Shown one piece after another: positions 8,683 to 21,668 of a stretch of 30,518 nucleotides of DNA. The stretch lies in the NCBI RefSeq assembly GCF_003428155.1, contig NZ_QLIR01000020.1, positions 1 to 30,518 on the forward strand, written 5' to 3'. The notes under the pieces were generated by a model. It was given only the letters and a program-made list of their open reading frames with translations, made no database searches and was not told the origin of the DNA. The DNA is from Fastidiosibacter lacustris. GTDB lineage: Bacteria > Pseudomonadota > Gammaproteobacteria > Francisellales > Francisellaceae. How positions within the stretch are numbered: position 1 is the stretch's first letter; each line of letters opens with the position of its first letter. The translations under genes and the position numbers were made by a program.

Positions 8683-10151
8683 AGTTTGCGACTTAGGCGC
8701 CAAGATCCTACCGCCACAATGATCAAAATAATGACTCCAACACCCCATAAATAACCAGCTGCATAACCACCATAACCAGTTGCAATGTCTGTATAAACTT
8801 GTTTAACGAATAGTATTGTTAAAACCATCGGAATGATATAACTACATAAAAGTTTAAAACCTGTGTGTAATGCTTGTGAACCACCTCCTTGAAATAACTC
8901 ACCACTTAAGCGATTAATATCATACAACCAGGTAATTACAATCACTTCCGCTACCATGACGATAACCATCAAATAACCATTTATAAAATGATCAATTATA
9001 TCTAATAAATACAACCCATTTCCCATCGTATATAATAAGTTACAGATAAAAAGCAACACACATATTATAAATAAAATAGTTGCACGCTTAAGCTTTATTT
9101 TACTATCCATTAATGCCGCTAAAATTGCCTCAAATAGCGATACGATAGATGTAAATGCCAAAAAGAACACGGAAGCATAAAAAATAAATGAGAAAAACTC
9201 TTGTACAACTGGAAGTAAAGTTAGCGCATGTGGGATCACTACAAATGCAAGCCCGATACCTCCTGAAACAACTTCGTGCACGTCCTTGCCATCTATATAT
9301 GCAACATGTCCTAACACTGAAAATATGATCATACTGCAAATCATAGACGCTAACGTGTCACCAATTACAACAATTGTACAAGTTTTAGAGACATTCACCT
9401 CTTTATTTAATAATGCACCATAAGCAAACATGACACCAGTTGCTAATGAGATTGAAAAAATGACTTGTGTTGCTGCTGCAAACCATACTTTAGTATCTAA
9501 CAGCGTTGACCAAACTGGGATAAATAATTGATATAGACCACCTAAACTACCCGACAGTGTAATAGAGTTCCCCAATAAAATGAGTAATAAAATAAATGGA
9601 AGTGGAGTGATCCATTTTGCAACAAATGCCAAACCACTTGTACCTTTATATAGTGAAATATAACTTAACAGTAAAATCACCATAACACCTAAAATGATTG
9701 TCAGCTTAGGGACAGTAAAAGCACCAATCCCAGATGATAGCTCTAAGAATTGATTAAAAAAGTATGATTCACTATCTGCTTGCCACGGCATTTTAAACGA
9801 ATCTACCGCAAAATTAAGCACCCACGAAGCAATGACAATATAATAAGTTAAAACACCAAAAGCTACTAACACTGCAAGCCAACCAACTATTTTAAAGCGC
9901 TTAGCATGACCGATTAATGCCAAGGCCTCTGGCGCCCCTTTTTTAGAGGTTTTCCCCAAACCCACCTCCAAAATCAATAATGGCAAACCAATACAGAGCA
10001 AACAAATGATGTATGCCACGAAAAATGCTGCTCCTCCATGCTCATAAGCAAGGTAAGGAAAACGCCATAAGTTTCCTAAGCCCGCAGCAGACCCAATAGC
10101 TGCCAATATAAATATCCAAACTGAACTAAAGTCTTTACGTATTTGCCCCAT
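8679..10151 (-). CDS. Neurotransmitter:sodium symporter (NSS/SNF) family transporter
   Basis: About 490 aa and highly hydrophobic; N-terminal AAIGSAAGLGNLWRFPYLAYEHGGAAFFVAYIICLLCIGLPLLILEVGLGK is the NSS/LeuT signature. Confidence 0.9.
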   Translation of the reverse strand: MGQIRKDFSSVWIFILAAIGSAAGLGNLWRFPYLAYEHGGAAFFVAYIICLLCIGLPLLILEVGLGKTSKKGAPEALALIGHAKRFKIVGWLAVLVAFGVLTYYIVIASWVLNFAVDSFKMPWQADSESYFFNQFLELSSGIGAFTVPKLTIILGVMVILLLSYISLYKGTSGLAFVAKWITPLPFILLLILLGNSITLSGSLGGLYQLFIPVWSTLLDTKVWFAAATQVIFSISLATGVMFAYGALLNKEVNVSKTCTIVVIGDTLASMICSMIIFSVLGHVAYIDGKDVHEVVSGGIGLAFVVIPHALTLLPVVQEFFSFIFYASVFFLAFTSIVSLFEAILAALMDSKIKLKRATILFIICVLLFICNLLYTMGNGLYLLDIIDHFINGYLMVIVMVAEVIVITWLYDINRLSGELFQGGGSQALHTGFKLLCSYIIPMVLTILFVKQVYTDIATGYGGYAAGYLWGVGVIILIIVAVGSWRLSRKL

Positions 10152-10310
10152 TTCTTCCTCCCATCATTAGCAATGAACCATTTTCATAATACTTTAAAAG
10201 TATACCATTTAAACTTAGCAATGTATCAACATATAATTAAGTTACATTAAAGATAAACCCAAAAGTTCCTATAAAAAATAAAGGGTAGCATACATTTACA
10301 CATAACTTTA

Positions 10311-12422
<2,112 letters not shown>

Positions 12423-12463
12423 TTAAGAAATGAGTTTAGTGACGAAATAAATAATTCTCGGAA

Positions 12464-15151
12464 TTACATCATATTTTTAAGAACAGTTTGCAAAATGCCA
12501 CCATTTTTCAAGTAGTCAACGTCAACATCGGCATCTAGACGCGCCAATGCTTCAAATATGGTTTTATGTCCACTTGGATGGATGGCTTCAACAATCACAT
12601 TTTGGCGTGGTTTAACATTGTCTAACCCCTTAATATTAAAGGTTTCTGTCCCATCTAACTCAAGCGATTTTGCACTTTGACCCTCAATGTATTGTAATGG
12701 TAATACACCCATACCGACTAAATTAGAACGGTGAATACGCTCATAGCTTTCAGCAATAACTGCCTTGACACCTAACAAGAAAGTGCCTTTTGCTGCCCAA
12801 TCACGCGATGAGCCTGTACCATATTCTTTACCTGCTAACACAATAAGTGGTATGTCAAGTGCTTTATATTTCATGGCGGCATCAAACACATATTGAATCG
12901 AGCCATCCAGATGATACTTCGTAACGCCACCTTCTATACCTGGTGCTAATAAGTTACGAATGCGAATGTTGGCAAAGGTACCACGCATCATCACCTCATG
13001 ATTACCGCGGCGAGAACCATAAGAATTGAAATCCTTCTTCTCTACACCATGTGCTTTTAGATATTGCCCTGCTGGATATTTTTCAGGAATGGATCCTGCT
13101 GGAGAGATGTGATCTGTTGTAACCGAATCACCCAACATAAGCAAGGTGCGCGCACCAAAGATATCTAAGGAATTTTTGCCAGAACTGGTAAAGTTCTCAA
13201 AGAAATTAGGACACTGGATATAAGTTGATTTCTTATCAAATTCATATAACTTACCTGAAGATGATGCCAGTCTCTTCCAATCTGGTGTCCCATCTAGAAC
13301 AGTTGCATAAGATTTCTCAAACATCTCAGCGTTGATCACGCGAGATTGCAACTGTGCTATATCATGACTACTTGGCCAAATGTCTTTTAAGAATACATTT
13401 TTACCATGCTGATCTTGACCAATTGGATCATGCTCTGGATCAAAATTAACCGTACCTGTAATTGCATAGGCAACAACGTGAATAGGAGAAGCCAGATAAT
13501 TTGCTTTCACATCGGGGTTAATACGCCCTTCAAAGTTACGGTTTCCAGAACCGACAGAAGTAACAACTAAGTTACCCTTGTTAATCGCATCAACAATTGG
13601 TTGGTCTAATGGACCTGAGTTACCAATACAGGTCGTACAGCCATAGCCAACTACATTAAATTTTAATTGTTCTAAATATTTTAATAAGCCAGACTTCTCA
13701 AGGTATTTTGTGACTACTTGTGATCCAGGGGCAAGCGAGGTTTTAACGTATGGCTTAACGGTTAAGCCTTTTTCTACCGCTTTTTTCGCTAATAATCCCG
13801 CCCCTAACAAGACTGAAGGGTTCGATGTATTGGTACATGAAGTAATCGCAGCAATCGCAACATCCCCATGCTTTAACTCACAATTCATGCCTGTGACCTT
13901 AACCGATTTTTTTACTTCTTCCGCACTTAAGCCAAAACCATGCAATCCTGCTTCATGCGTCAAACACTTTCCAAATGACGCCTTTAAGTCACGCATAGAA
14001 ACACGATCTTGTGGACGCTTAGGCCCTGCTAAGGTAGAATCCACCGTTGACATGTCAAGTTCAATGACCGTGGTATATTCTGGTTCTTCTGCTGGATCAT
14101 GGCGGAACAAATACTGTTCTTCGTAGACCTTTTTAGCCAAATCAACGTATTGAGCACGATTTGTTTGCTTAAAGAACTCTAATGTCACTTCATCAACAGG
14201 GAAAAAGCCCATCGTTGCACCATATTCTGGCGCCATGTTGGCAATGGTTGCTCGATCTGGTAAGGATAAATATCTTAAACCTGCCCCATAGTATTCAACA
14301 AATTTACCAACCACACCATGTTTACGAAGTAATTGGGTAATCGTCAACACAAGATCTGTTGCAGTCACACCTTCTCGTAATGCTCCTGTTAATTTAACGC
14401 CTATGACATCAGGCAAAACCATATAGTAAGGTTGTCCAAGCATCACAGCCTCAGCTTCAATACCACCAACACCCCAGCCCATTACACCAATACCATTGAT
14501 CATAGTAGTATGTGAATCGGTTCCAACAAGCGTATCTGGATAGGCCACTTTTTCGCCATTTTGTGCTTTAATAAGAATACCTTTTGCTAAATACTCTAAA
14601 TTAACCTGATGAATGATTCCCATACCAGGTGGTACCACAACAAAATCATCAAATGCTTTTTGTCCCCACTTAAGCAAAGAATAACGCTCACCATTGCGCT
14701 CAAATTCCTTGGCAACGTTTTTTTCTAACGAGTCTTTTGAGCCAAAATAATCGACTTGTACTGAGTGATCGATCACCATTGCTGTATCGACAAGTGGGTT
14801 TATCTTTTGTGGATTCCCACCTGCATCTTTAATTGCTTGACGCATTGCCGCTAAATCGACAACAGCTGGCACACCTGTAAAATCCTGCATCACTACACGA
14901 GCAGGCATATGAGGAATCTCAGGACGCACTTTTGCTTGAGGTTCCCAATTTAATACATTTTCAACGTCTGCAACTTTAACTTTATAGTTGTCGATATTAC
15001 GTAATTGGTTTTCCACCAACACTCGAATTGAATAAGGTAAACGCGTGATATCTTTAGCCGTTTCTGCTGCCAGCTTCTGCAAACTATAAGCTGTATATTG
15101 CTGCCCTTTTGAGTCAATCAGCACTTTAGTTAAACGCTTTAAATCCACCAT
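12464..15151 (-). CDS. acnA: Aconitate hydratase A
   Basis: 895 aa; VGTDSHTTMINGIGVMGWGVGGIEAEAVMLGQP, AAITSCTNTSNPSVL, GCTTCIGNSGPL, GSSRDWAAKG. Confidence 0.97.
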   Translation of the reverse strand: MVDLKRLTKVLIDSKGQQYTAYSLQKLAAETAKDITRLPYSIRVLVENQLRNIDNYKVKVADVENVLNWEPQAKVRPEIPHMPARVVMQDFTGVPAVVDLAAMRQAIKDAGGNPQKINPLVDTAMVIDHSVQVDYFGSKDSLEKNVAKEFERNGERYSLLKWGQKAFDDFVVVPPGMGIIHQVNLEYLAKGILIKAQNGEKVAYPDTLVGTDSHTTMINGIGVMGWGVGGIEAEAVMLGQPYYMVLPDVIGVKLTGALREGVTATDLVLTITQLLRKHGVVGKFVEYYGAGLRYLSLPDRATIANMAPEYGATMGFFPVDEVTLEFFKQTNRAQYVDLAKKVYEEQYLFRHDPAEEPEYTTVIELDMSTVDSTLAGPKRPQDRVSMRDLKASFGKCLTHEAGLHGFGLSAEEVKKSVKVTGMNCELKHGDVAIAAITSCTNTSNPSVLLGAGLLAKKAVEKGLTVKPYVKTSLAPGSQVVTKYLEKSGLLKYLEQLKFNVVGYGCTTCIGNSGPLDQPIVDAINKGNLVVTSVGSGNRNFEGRINPDVKANYLASPIHVVAYAITGTVNFDPEHDPIGQDQHGKNVFLKDIWPSSHDIAQLQSRVINAEMFEKSYATVLDGTPDWKRLASSSGKLYEFDKKSTYIQCPNFFENFTSSGKNSLDIFGARTLLMLGDSVTTDHISPAGSIPEKYPAGQYLKAHGVEKKDFNSYGSRRGNHEVMMRGTFANIRIRNLLAPGIEGGVTKYHLDGSIQYVFDAAMKYKALDIPLIVLAGKEYGTGSSRDWAAKGTFLLGVKAVIAESYERIHRSNLVGMGVLPLQYIEGQSAKSLELDGTETFNIKGLDNVKPRQNVIVEAIHPSGHKTIFEALARLDADVDVDYLKNGGILQTVLKNMM

Positions 15152-15327
15152 TAGGATAGCTCCTTCTTCTATGATTTATGAGGTTATTTCGGCGCTCATA
15201 TTAGCGGAATTGATTACCTTTGTACAGCTGCACTCAAGCACTCATAGGGCACTGGCATAAAAAGCTCATTACAGCTGTATTTTTTGGATTTACGATATTA
15301 TCCTTTAAAAATCACTTTCTCACAAAA

Positions 15328-17076
15328 TCATTTATCAAGTGTTATAGACGTAATCAAATACTCAGGTAACGGATGATTGGTTAGCAAAAAACGCTTAGGC
15401 GTTTCACCTAACAAATACCCCTGATACGGCTGACTCTTTTTAAAATAGAGGTTATAGTTATTGGCATCGGTAAAAACAAACACACGTTGATCACTCTTCC
15501 AAACGGACCAAAATTGCTCCGCTGTTCTTAGCGTTTTATCCGCACCTGAGTTAGACATTCTTGCTGTATTGGCAAGTTCACCTTCATTTGCCACAATCCA
15601 AGTTAAACGATCTAAGTAAAACTGAGCATCATAAAAATAACCACCATAATTGGCAACAATAGCATTCGGATAGGCTTTTAATAGTGGTGCTACAATATTA
15701 GTCAACGGTTTTACTGTTTTTTGTGCAAAATATTGAGAACCTGACCATCCCAAGTTAAGAATAATCATCATTGCTGCAACAAACCATAACATGATTGTTT
15801 TCAGGTTATCGCGTTTAAGATAAATACAACCCATAATTGCTGTAATGATTGCCACTACAGCACCCAACCAATAATAAACTGCGATTTTCAAAAAGAACAT
15901 TGAAAACTGTGGAATAAATGGCAAAATAACAAATGCAATTGCAATAGCTGCAAAAAAAACTAACGCCACAATAACACTTGCTTTAGTTGACTTTTTTAAT
16001 TTAACGTCATTCAAAACCTTATCGAGTCTACGCGCAATTAAAATTGCAAATGGCACAACAATTGGAATCAAATATCCTATCAAGATGGATTTTGAGAATG
16101 CAAAAAACAGCAAAATACTCACCCCCCAAACAAATAAGAACCATTCATTTTCGTGTTCTCTACGTGTTCTCCATTTAGTTAGCACTGATTTAAAAACTTG
16201 TGGTAGAAAACCAAACCAAGGGAAAAAACCAATAATGAAAATTCCAAAATAAGCAAACTTGCTCATTTGCCTACCTTGCTCATCGGTGGCATATCTTAAG
16301 ATCTGCTGCACAACAACATAGTAGTGAAAAAATTCAGGATGTTCGCTGTTAACTGCAATAATCCAAGGAATCGAAATCAAGACCACAATGACTAAGCCAA
16401 GGTACAAACGGTAATCTAAAAGTAATCGGAACTTACCAACAATAATTGCCCATAAACCAATAATCATCATAGGAAACACAATGCCAATAAGACCTTTGGT
16501 CATCACTGCTAAACCTGAAAAAATAAAGGCATTTAGCAACCACAGATTGTTTGTCCAGCTTTTTTGTTTATATTGCCTTGATGCCCAAAAAGACAACATA
16601 GTGACCGTAATAAAAAAAGCAACACCTGCATCTAGATTCAGATAACGCGCACCCCCCAAATACAAAATTGAAGTCCCAGAAACCAATGCTGACCATAATG
16701 CCACACGCCTTTTTTGATAGACAATCCGACAAACAACATATACAAATAACACACCAATTATCGATAATATCGGATTTGGCAATCTTGCTGCCCAAATATT
16801 AAAACCAAAAAACTTAAGCGATAAAGCCGTTAGCCAATAAATCATTGGCGGCTTTTCAAAATAAATCACGCCATCTAAATGCGGTACGACATATTCATTA
16901 TTCACAATCATCTCACGTGCAATTTCAGCATATCTGCCTTCATCTGGGGTGAATAAAACAGGCACACCATAAAGGCACAGCGCAACTGCCATAATCAAAC
17001 TCAATATTAATAAATCACACCCAAAAATACGATCCACTTGCATACGTAAGCGACAATGACTTCCGTGTTTTATCAT
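15328..17076 (-). CDS. ArnT-like glycosyltransferase (GT83 family); probable start ATG at 17076, as the track ORF N-terminus to 17193 looks over-extended
   Basis: Multi-TM protein with FTPDEGRYAEIAREMIVNNEYVVPHLDGVIYFEKPPMIYWLTALS, matching the ArnT catalytic N-terminal region. No arnBCADEF genes in the window. Confidence 0.8.
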   Translation of the reverse strand: MIKHGSHCRLRMQVDRIFGCDLLILSLIMAVALCLYGVPVLFTPDEGRYAEIAREMIVNNEYVVPHLDGVIYFEKPPMIYWLTALSLKFFGFNIWAARLPNPILSIIGVLFVYVVCRIVYQKRRVALWSALVSGTSILYLGGARYLNLDAGVAFFITVTMLSFWASRQYKQKSWTNNLWLLNAFIFSGLAVMTKGLIGIVFPMMIIGLWAIIVGKFRLLLDYRLYLGLVIVVLISIPWIIAVNSEHPEFFHYYVVVQQILRYATDEQGRQMSKFAYFGIFIIGFFPWFGFLPQVFKSVLTKWRTRREHENEWFLFVWGVSILLFFAFSKSILIGYLIPIVVPFAILIARRLDKVLNDVKLKKSTKASVIVALVFFAAIAIAFVILPFIPQFSMFFLKIAVYYWLGAVVAIITAIMGCIYLKRDNLKTIMLWFVAAMMIILNLGWSGSQYFAQKTVKPLTNIVAPLLKAYPNAIVANYGGYFYDAQFYLDRLTWIVANEGELANTARMSNSGADKTLRTAEQFWSVWKSDQRVFVFTDANNYNLYFKKSQPYQGYLLGETPKRFLLTNHPLPEYLITSITLDK

Positions 17077-17420
17077 AACTTTTACCACATTAAACGGGAT
17101 AACATTAAAATAACCGAAATTATAACATCGAGAAATTATTTTGCGCCATTTTTTATCGGATAGGTTTCTGTGTACATGAAGAAAGGTTTGCAAAGTTTTG
17201 ACGGAAGCGTTATTTTTTCTTAATTTTCAAAACATGAGAAAAATACTTCAATCAGCTATCGCAGTTAAAGGTTTCAAATTGTGTTTGATAATTATACAAA
17301 GATCAGTTTAAGTGCAATTCAAATGAAAAAATTCTACTGTACAGAAAGAAAAGACTAAAAAATAGGGGACAAGCGCTGTACAATGCAAAAGCTTAAATCA
17401 CAGTAGATGGAGCACAAATC

Positions 17421-17801
17421 ATGCAACATAATAATGAATTTCTTAAATTGGTTAATGACGCCAAAACACGTATTCAAGAATGTGATATTTTTCACATTAA
17501 ATATTTAATGGACAATGGTACTTTAGATGGTGTATTGATTGATGTTCGCGAAGAATCTGAATATACACACGCACATTTACCAGGAGCCTATCATCTAAGC
17601 AAAGGTCTTATTGAAGTCAAAATAGAAACACTTATTCCCAATAAAGAACAAAAGCTTTACCTTTATTGCGGTGGTGGCTTTCGCTCTGCCTTAAGTGCAG
17701 ATAATTTACAAAAAATGGGATATCACAACGTTATCTCTATTGATGGAGGATTTCGTGCTTGGATTGCTGAACAATTTCCAGTTGTCATTAAAGGTGAATA
17801 A
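17421..17801 (+). CDS. Rhodanese-like domain protein
   Basis: Single rhodanese domain: VLIDVREESEYTHAHLPGAYHL and active-site loop YCGGGFRSALSADNLQKMGY..GGFRAW. Confidence 0.88.
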   Translation: MQHNNEFLKLVNDAKTRIQECDIFHIKYLMDNGTLDGVLIDVREESEYTHAHLPGAYHLSKGLIEVKIETLIPNKEQKLYLYCGGGFRSALSADNLQKMGYHNVISIDGGFRAWIAEQFPVVIKGE

Positions 17802-17804
17802 GCC

Positions 17805-18284
17805 ATGTTTCGTATTGGTCATGGTTATGATGTTCATAAAATCAGCACTCAAAACAAACCACTAATACTTGCTGGAATTGAGGTTCTCGCCCCTTTTTCG
17901 TTAGAAGCACACTCTGATGGTGATATCGTTTTACATGCCTTAACCGATGCACTTCTTGGTGCTGCTGCTTTAGGGGACATTGGACAACACTTCCCTGACA
18001 CCGATCCAGCACATAAAAACAGAGCAAGCAAAGATTTTTTATTGCATGCGCAAAAGAACGTGGTTAGTTTAGGCTATCAAATTTCCAATATCGATATTAC
18101 AGTTGTAGCACAAGTACCGAAGCTTGCTCCCTATATCAATGAAATGTGTCAATCGATTGCTTCACTGTTGCAGCTTAAATTAAATCAAGTTAACATCAAA
18201 GCCACTACAACTGAAAAGCTTGGGTTTATCGGCAGAAAAGAAGGTCTTGCCTGTTACGCCGTAGCTCTGATCTATCAACCTTAA
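17805..18284 (+). CDS. ispF: 2-C-methyl-D-erythritol 2,4-cyclodiphosphate synthase
   Basis: MFRIGHGYDVHK, HSDGDIVLHALTDALLGAAALGDIGQHFPDTD, and KATTTEKLGFIGRKEG. Confidence 0.96.
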   Translation: MFRIGHGYDVHKISTQNKPLILAGIEVLAPFSLEAHSDGDIVLHALTDALLGAAALGDIGQHFPDTDPAHKNRASKDFLLHAQKNVVSLGYQISNIDITVVAQVPKLAPYINEMCQSIASLLQLKLNQVNIKATTTEKLGFIGRKEGLACYAVALIYQP

Positions 18285-18293
18285 GGAGAAGTT

Positions 18294-18656
18294 ATGGTAA
18301 TCGCTCTTATTTTAAGCATGGTTGCTGCTTTATTAATTGGAATCCTTATCGGTTTAAACTTGCGCAAAAACAGTAAAGCTTTAAACACCGAGCTGGAAGA
18401 GACAAAAAAATTATTAACGCATTATCAAAATACGGTTAACGAGCACGTCCATAAAACACATGAAATCATGGAAAGTATCTATCAACAGTTTGCTGAGCTC
18501 CAAAAGCACTCACAAGAATATAGTGTAAAACTGAATCTAGATCCTTCTAGACAATCTCTTTTGCAACCCAAAGTGTATATTGATAAAAAAACTAATCAGC
18601 CACTTTCCGCTCCAAATATACCAAAAGATTATGCAAACGGATCTGATGAAAAATAA
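18294..18656 (+). CDS. DUF1043 (YhcB/ZapG-like) family protein
   Basis: N-terminal TM helix, then a coiled coil (LEETKKLLTHYQNTVNEHVHKTHEIMESIYQQFAELQKHSQ) and C-terminal PKDYANG, the YhcB layout. Confidence 0.65.
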   Translation: MVIALILSMVAALLIGILIGLNLRKNSKALNTELEETKKLLTHYQNTVNEHVHKTHEIMESIYQQFAELQKHSQEYSVKLNLDPSRQSLLQPKVYIDKKTNQPLSAPNIPKDYANGSDEK

Positions 18657-18774
18657 CGCAATATATAGGTACTCTCAAGCAGGTTTGAAGCTTTTATTTA
18701 CCAGCTAGTGCCCCTTATACGACTTCTTTAATCAGCACACACGAGTGCAAGCAAAATTAAACGATGGAAAGAAC

Positions 18775-19974
18775 ATGGAATCACATTACAAAATTGCCAT
18801 TATTGGAGGTGGTATTTCAGGAATAAGCTTTGCCCATTTTGCCGCTTGGAAAAATCATTCCTCTATTGTCATCGAAGCAAGGGATAAAATCGGTGGCTGT
18901 ATTGAAACTTATTACAGTACAAAGGCGCACGATTTTTGGTTAGAGCTTGGTACTCATACCGTCTACAACTCTTATCAACACCTAATTGATTATTGCAACC
19001 AAAAGGGGCTATTAGAACAACTCCAAAAACGAAACAAATATCCTTTTAAGCTTCTTATTAACAATAACATCTGTTCGATTATACCTCAGCTTAACCTTAT
19101 GCGTGCAGGATTGGGTTGGCCATTATTTAAATTCACCACTGCCAAAGATAAAAGTGTTAAGGAATACTTTAGTTTTGTATTTGGCAAACAAAACTATAAT
19201 ACAATCTTACGTTATTGCTTTGATGCCGTGTTATGCCAGAATAGTCGTGATTTTCCAGCTGATTTTTTATTTAAAACACGCAAAAAAAATAAAAATTTAC
19301 CCAGAAGCTTTACTTTCAAAAATGGCATGTCCAGTTTGTTTAATAATTGCGAAAACGAGGTTTTCACGATTCGTACCAATACCACATGTAACGGTATTTA
19401 CTATCAAAACAACACTTGGCATATTAAAACTAACCATAGCGAATTAACGGCAGATAAGCTTATCTTGGCAACACCTTGGGATATTACCCAGAAACTTCTT
19501 AAAGATATAAACCATCCACTTGCAGACTTGCCACACCAGCCAACATTATCAAACCTCATAACGGTAGCACTTATTGTCGATCAGGATAAAGTGAAACACA
19601 TCAAGCCGCTTAATGGGTTAATTGGTGTGAATCAAAGCTTTTATTCAATAGTAAGTCGCGATGTTATTGATCATGAAAAATACCGTGGATTTACCATTCA
19701 CTTTAAACCAGAAAATCACGACATAATAAGTTTGATAACGAAGTTTTTAGCCAAGCTCAATATCCCTAATGATGCACTTATTGATACTTATATCAAAACA
19801 AATAGCTTACCATGTTACCAGACTCACCATTCAAGGTTCTTAACCTCTCTTAACAAGCGTCTTGTTCAAGATAATAGCCTTTATCTTACAGGGAACTACT
19901 TAACTCGCCTGGCAGTAGAGGATTGTGTTAAGCGATCTTATGAAGAATTTTTGCGTTTAGTATCTACAAGCTGA
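18775..19974 (+). CDS. FAD-dependent oxidoreductase, flavin amine oxidase/protoporphyrinogen oxidase-like
   Basis: YKIAIIGGGISGISFAHFAAWKNHSSIVIEARDKIGGCIETY dinucleotide-binding motif; C-terminal SLYLTGNYLTRLAVEDCVKRSYEE. ATG at 18775 has an upstream GGAAAG. Confidence 0.7.
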   Translation: MESHYKIAIIGGGISGISFAHFAAWKNHSSIVIEARDKIGGCIETYYSTKAHDFWLELGTHTVYNSYQHLIDYCNQKGLLEQLQKRNKYPFKLLINNNICSIIPQLNLMRAGLGWPLFKFTTAKDKSVKEYFSFVFGKQNYNTILRYCFDAVLCQNSRDFPADFLFKTRKKNKNLPRSFTFKNGMSSLFNNCENEVFTIRTNTTCNGIYYQNNTWHIKTNHSELTADKLILATPWDITQKLLKDINHPLADLPHQPTLSNLITVALIVDQDKVKHIKPLNGLIGVNQSFYSIVSRDVIDHEKYRGFTIHFKPENHDIISLITKFLAKLNIPNDALIDTYIKTNSLPCYQTHHSRFLTSLNKRLVQDNSLYLTGNYLTRLAVEDCVKRSYEEFLRLVSTS

Positions 19975-20013
19975 TTATGTGTGTTTTCGAGATTTTCTTA
20001 ACACTAGTCCAAA

Positions 20014-20038
20014 TCTGTTGATGAAAATATTCAACAGA
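20014..20038. other. Hairpin between convergent genes (8-bp perfect stem TCTGTTGA/TCAACAGA, 9-nt loop)
   Basis: tctgttga tgaaaatat tcaacaga. No clear U-tract on either side, so terminator function is uncertain. Confidence 0.35.
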
Positions 20039-20061
20039 CCTTTAAATCATCAAAATGTAAG

Positions 20062-21591
20062 CTATAAATCACGCATAAACCATGCTTCCAAAGCTGCAAC
20101 CTGTTCTTTTGTCAACCACAAACCAAGCTTACTTCGCCGCCAAATGAGTGCATCAACATCAGTAACCCATTCTTCTTTTACTAAGTATTCCAGTTCCTTT
20201 TGGTAAAAGTTATAGCCAAAACATCGTCCCAAATCATCATATGATTTTGCATCTGTTAGCACATCAAAACTCTTCATCCCATAAGATGCGGCAAATCGAT
20301 AAGCGTGCTTGGCTTCAAGCCACGGGTACGTTTTTTTGAGTTGTTGCATAATTTCGCTAAAAGAATGTGCATTTCCACCTGCTGTTGGAACGCGATCCGT
20401 TACACAAGAGCCCATATTAGGGAAATAGGGCTTTAATTTATCAACCACATGTTGTGATAAAGTGCGATAAGTTGTAACCTTACCACCAAAAACAGATAAT
20501 ACAGGTAGCTTACCGTTTTGATCTTCTAACTCAAGATGATACTCCCTTGTGATCTTTGATGGATCAACTGAGTGATCATCATACAGTGGACGCACACCCG
20601 CATAACTCCAAATGACATCTTGCGAAGAAATATGTTTTTTAAAATAACCATTAATTAATTTACATAAATAATCTGTTTCTTCTTCACTAATCTCAATATC
20701 TCTTGGATCGCCCTCATAATTTAAATCAGTTGTACCAATTAAAGTAAATTCGTTTTCGTGTTCAGAGACAAAACCATACGGCAAGGCAAACACAATTCTG
20801 CCATCTTTATTTTGCAAAATATACGCATGATCACCGTTATAAAGTTTAGGCACAACAATATGACTGCCTTTTATTAATCTTACTCCAGATTTTGAGTTCG
20901 TTTCCAGCACATCATCAATAATATTGGCAACCCATGGTCCACCTGCGTTAACAATTGCCTTTGCATTAACCAAAACTTCTTTGTTACTATTATCCAACAG
21001 CTTGACTTGCCATTTTTTACCTTGCCTTTTTGCTTCTACACAACGATAAGGTATTAAGATCTTCGCGCCATTGTCTTTTGCTTCAATAGTATTAAATACC
21101 ACCATCCTGGAATCATCAATTCGGCAATCTGAATAAGCAAATCCAACTTTAAATTCATCAACTAATTGCTGACCTTCTTTGCTACCCACAAGCGAGATTT
21201 TTTGTGATTTTTTAAGTGACATTTTACCTGCTAGAAAATCATACAAGAACATGCCTATGCGAATCATCCATACTGGGCGCAAATGCTTAGCATGCGGTAA
21301 AATAAAGCGAAGCGGATGAATAATATGTGGTGCTTTTTTCAGCAGAATTTCTCGCTCCTTTAATGCCTCTTTAACGAGTTTAAATTCATATTGCTCAAGG
21401 TAGCGCAAGCCTCCATGTACAAGTTTACTACTTGCAGATGAAGTGGCTGAAGCTAAGTCTTTTGCTTCACATAGTACAACGCTTAACCCTCTTAAGCTTG
21501 CATCAAGCGCAATACCTGTTCCATTAATACCACCACCAATAACCAATAAATCTGTTTCCATCTCGTTATTTTCTTGCAATTGCATAATCAC
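20062..21591 (-). CDS. glpD: Aerobic glycerol-3-phosphate dehydrogenase; the start may be ATG at 21561 (METDLLVIGGG)
   Basis: TDLLVIGGGINGTGIALDASLRGLSVVLCEAKDLASATSSASSKLVHGGLRYLEQYEFKLVKEALKERE, RLIKGSHIVVPK (as VRLIKGSHIVV), and ITTYR-like KVTTYRTL. Confidence 0.93.
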   Translation of the reverse strand: MIMQLQENNEMETDLLVIGGGINGTGIALDASLRGLSVVLCEAKDLASATSSASSKLVHGGLRYLEQYEFKLVKEALKEREILLKKAPHIIHPLRFILPHAKHLRPVWMIRIGMFLYDFLAGKMSLKKSQKISLVGSKEGQQLVDEFKVGFAYSDCRIDDSRMVVFNTIEAKDNGAKILIPYRCVEAKRQGKKWQVKLLDNSNKEVLVNAKAIVNAGGPWVANIIDDVLETNSKSGVRLIKGSHIVVPKLYNGDHAYILQNKDGRIVFALPYGFVSEHENEFTLIGTTDLNYEGDPRDIEISEEETDYLCKLINGYFKKHISSQDVIWSYAGVRPLYDDHSVDPSKITREYHLELEDQNGKLPVLSVFGGKVTTYRTLSQHVVDKLKPYFPNMGSCVTDRVPTAGGNAHSFSEIMQQLKKTYPWLEAKHAYRFAASYGMKSFDVLTDAKSYDDLGRCFGYNFYQKELEYLVKEEWVTDVDALIWRRSKLGLWLTKEQVAALEAWFMRDL

Positions 21592-21668
21592 TTCATTAAT
21601 TTAGACTGTAGACCGCGGTGTATTGTAGCTGATTCCAAATGATTTTTCTAATCATTAAAATCACGGTG

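Noticed and set aside
13710-14126. 138-aa open frame antisense to acnA
   Set aside because: It lies wholly inside the high-confidence acnA CDS on the other strand, has low-complexity antisense-style composition, and has no recognisable family.
17077-17193. N-terminal extension MQTFLHVHRNLSDKKWRKIISRCYNFGYFNVIPFNVVKV of the ArnT-like protein
   Set aside because: It does not resemble an ArnT N-terminus, and an internal ATG at 17076 precedes the first TM segment, so I treat the extension as an over-called start.
20014-20038. Hairpin between the oxidoreductase gene and glpD considered as a bidirectional terminator
   Set aside because: The stem is real (8 bp) but neither side has a T-tract, so I listed it only as a hairpin.
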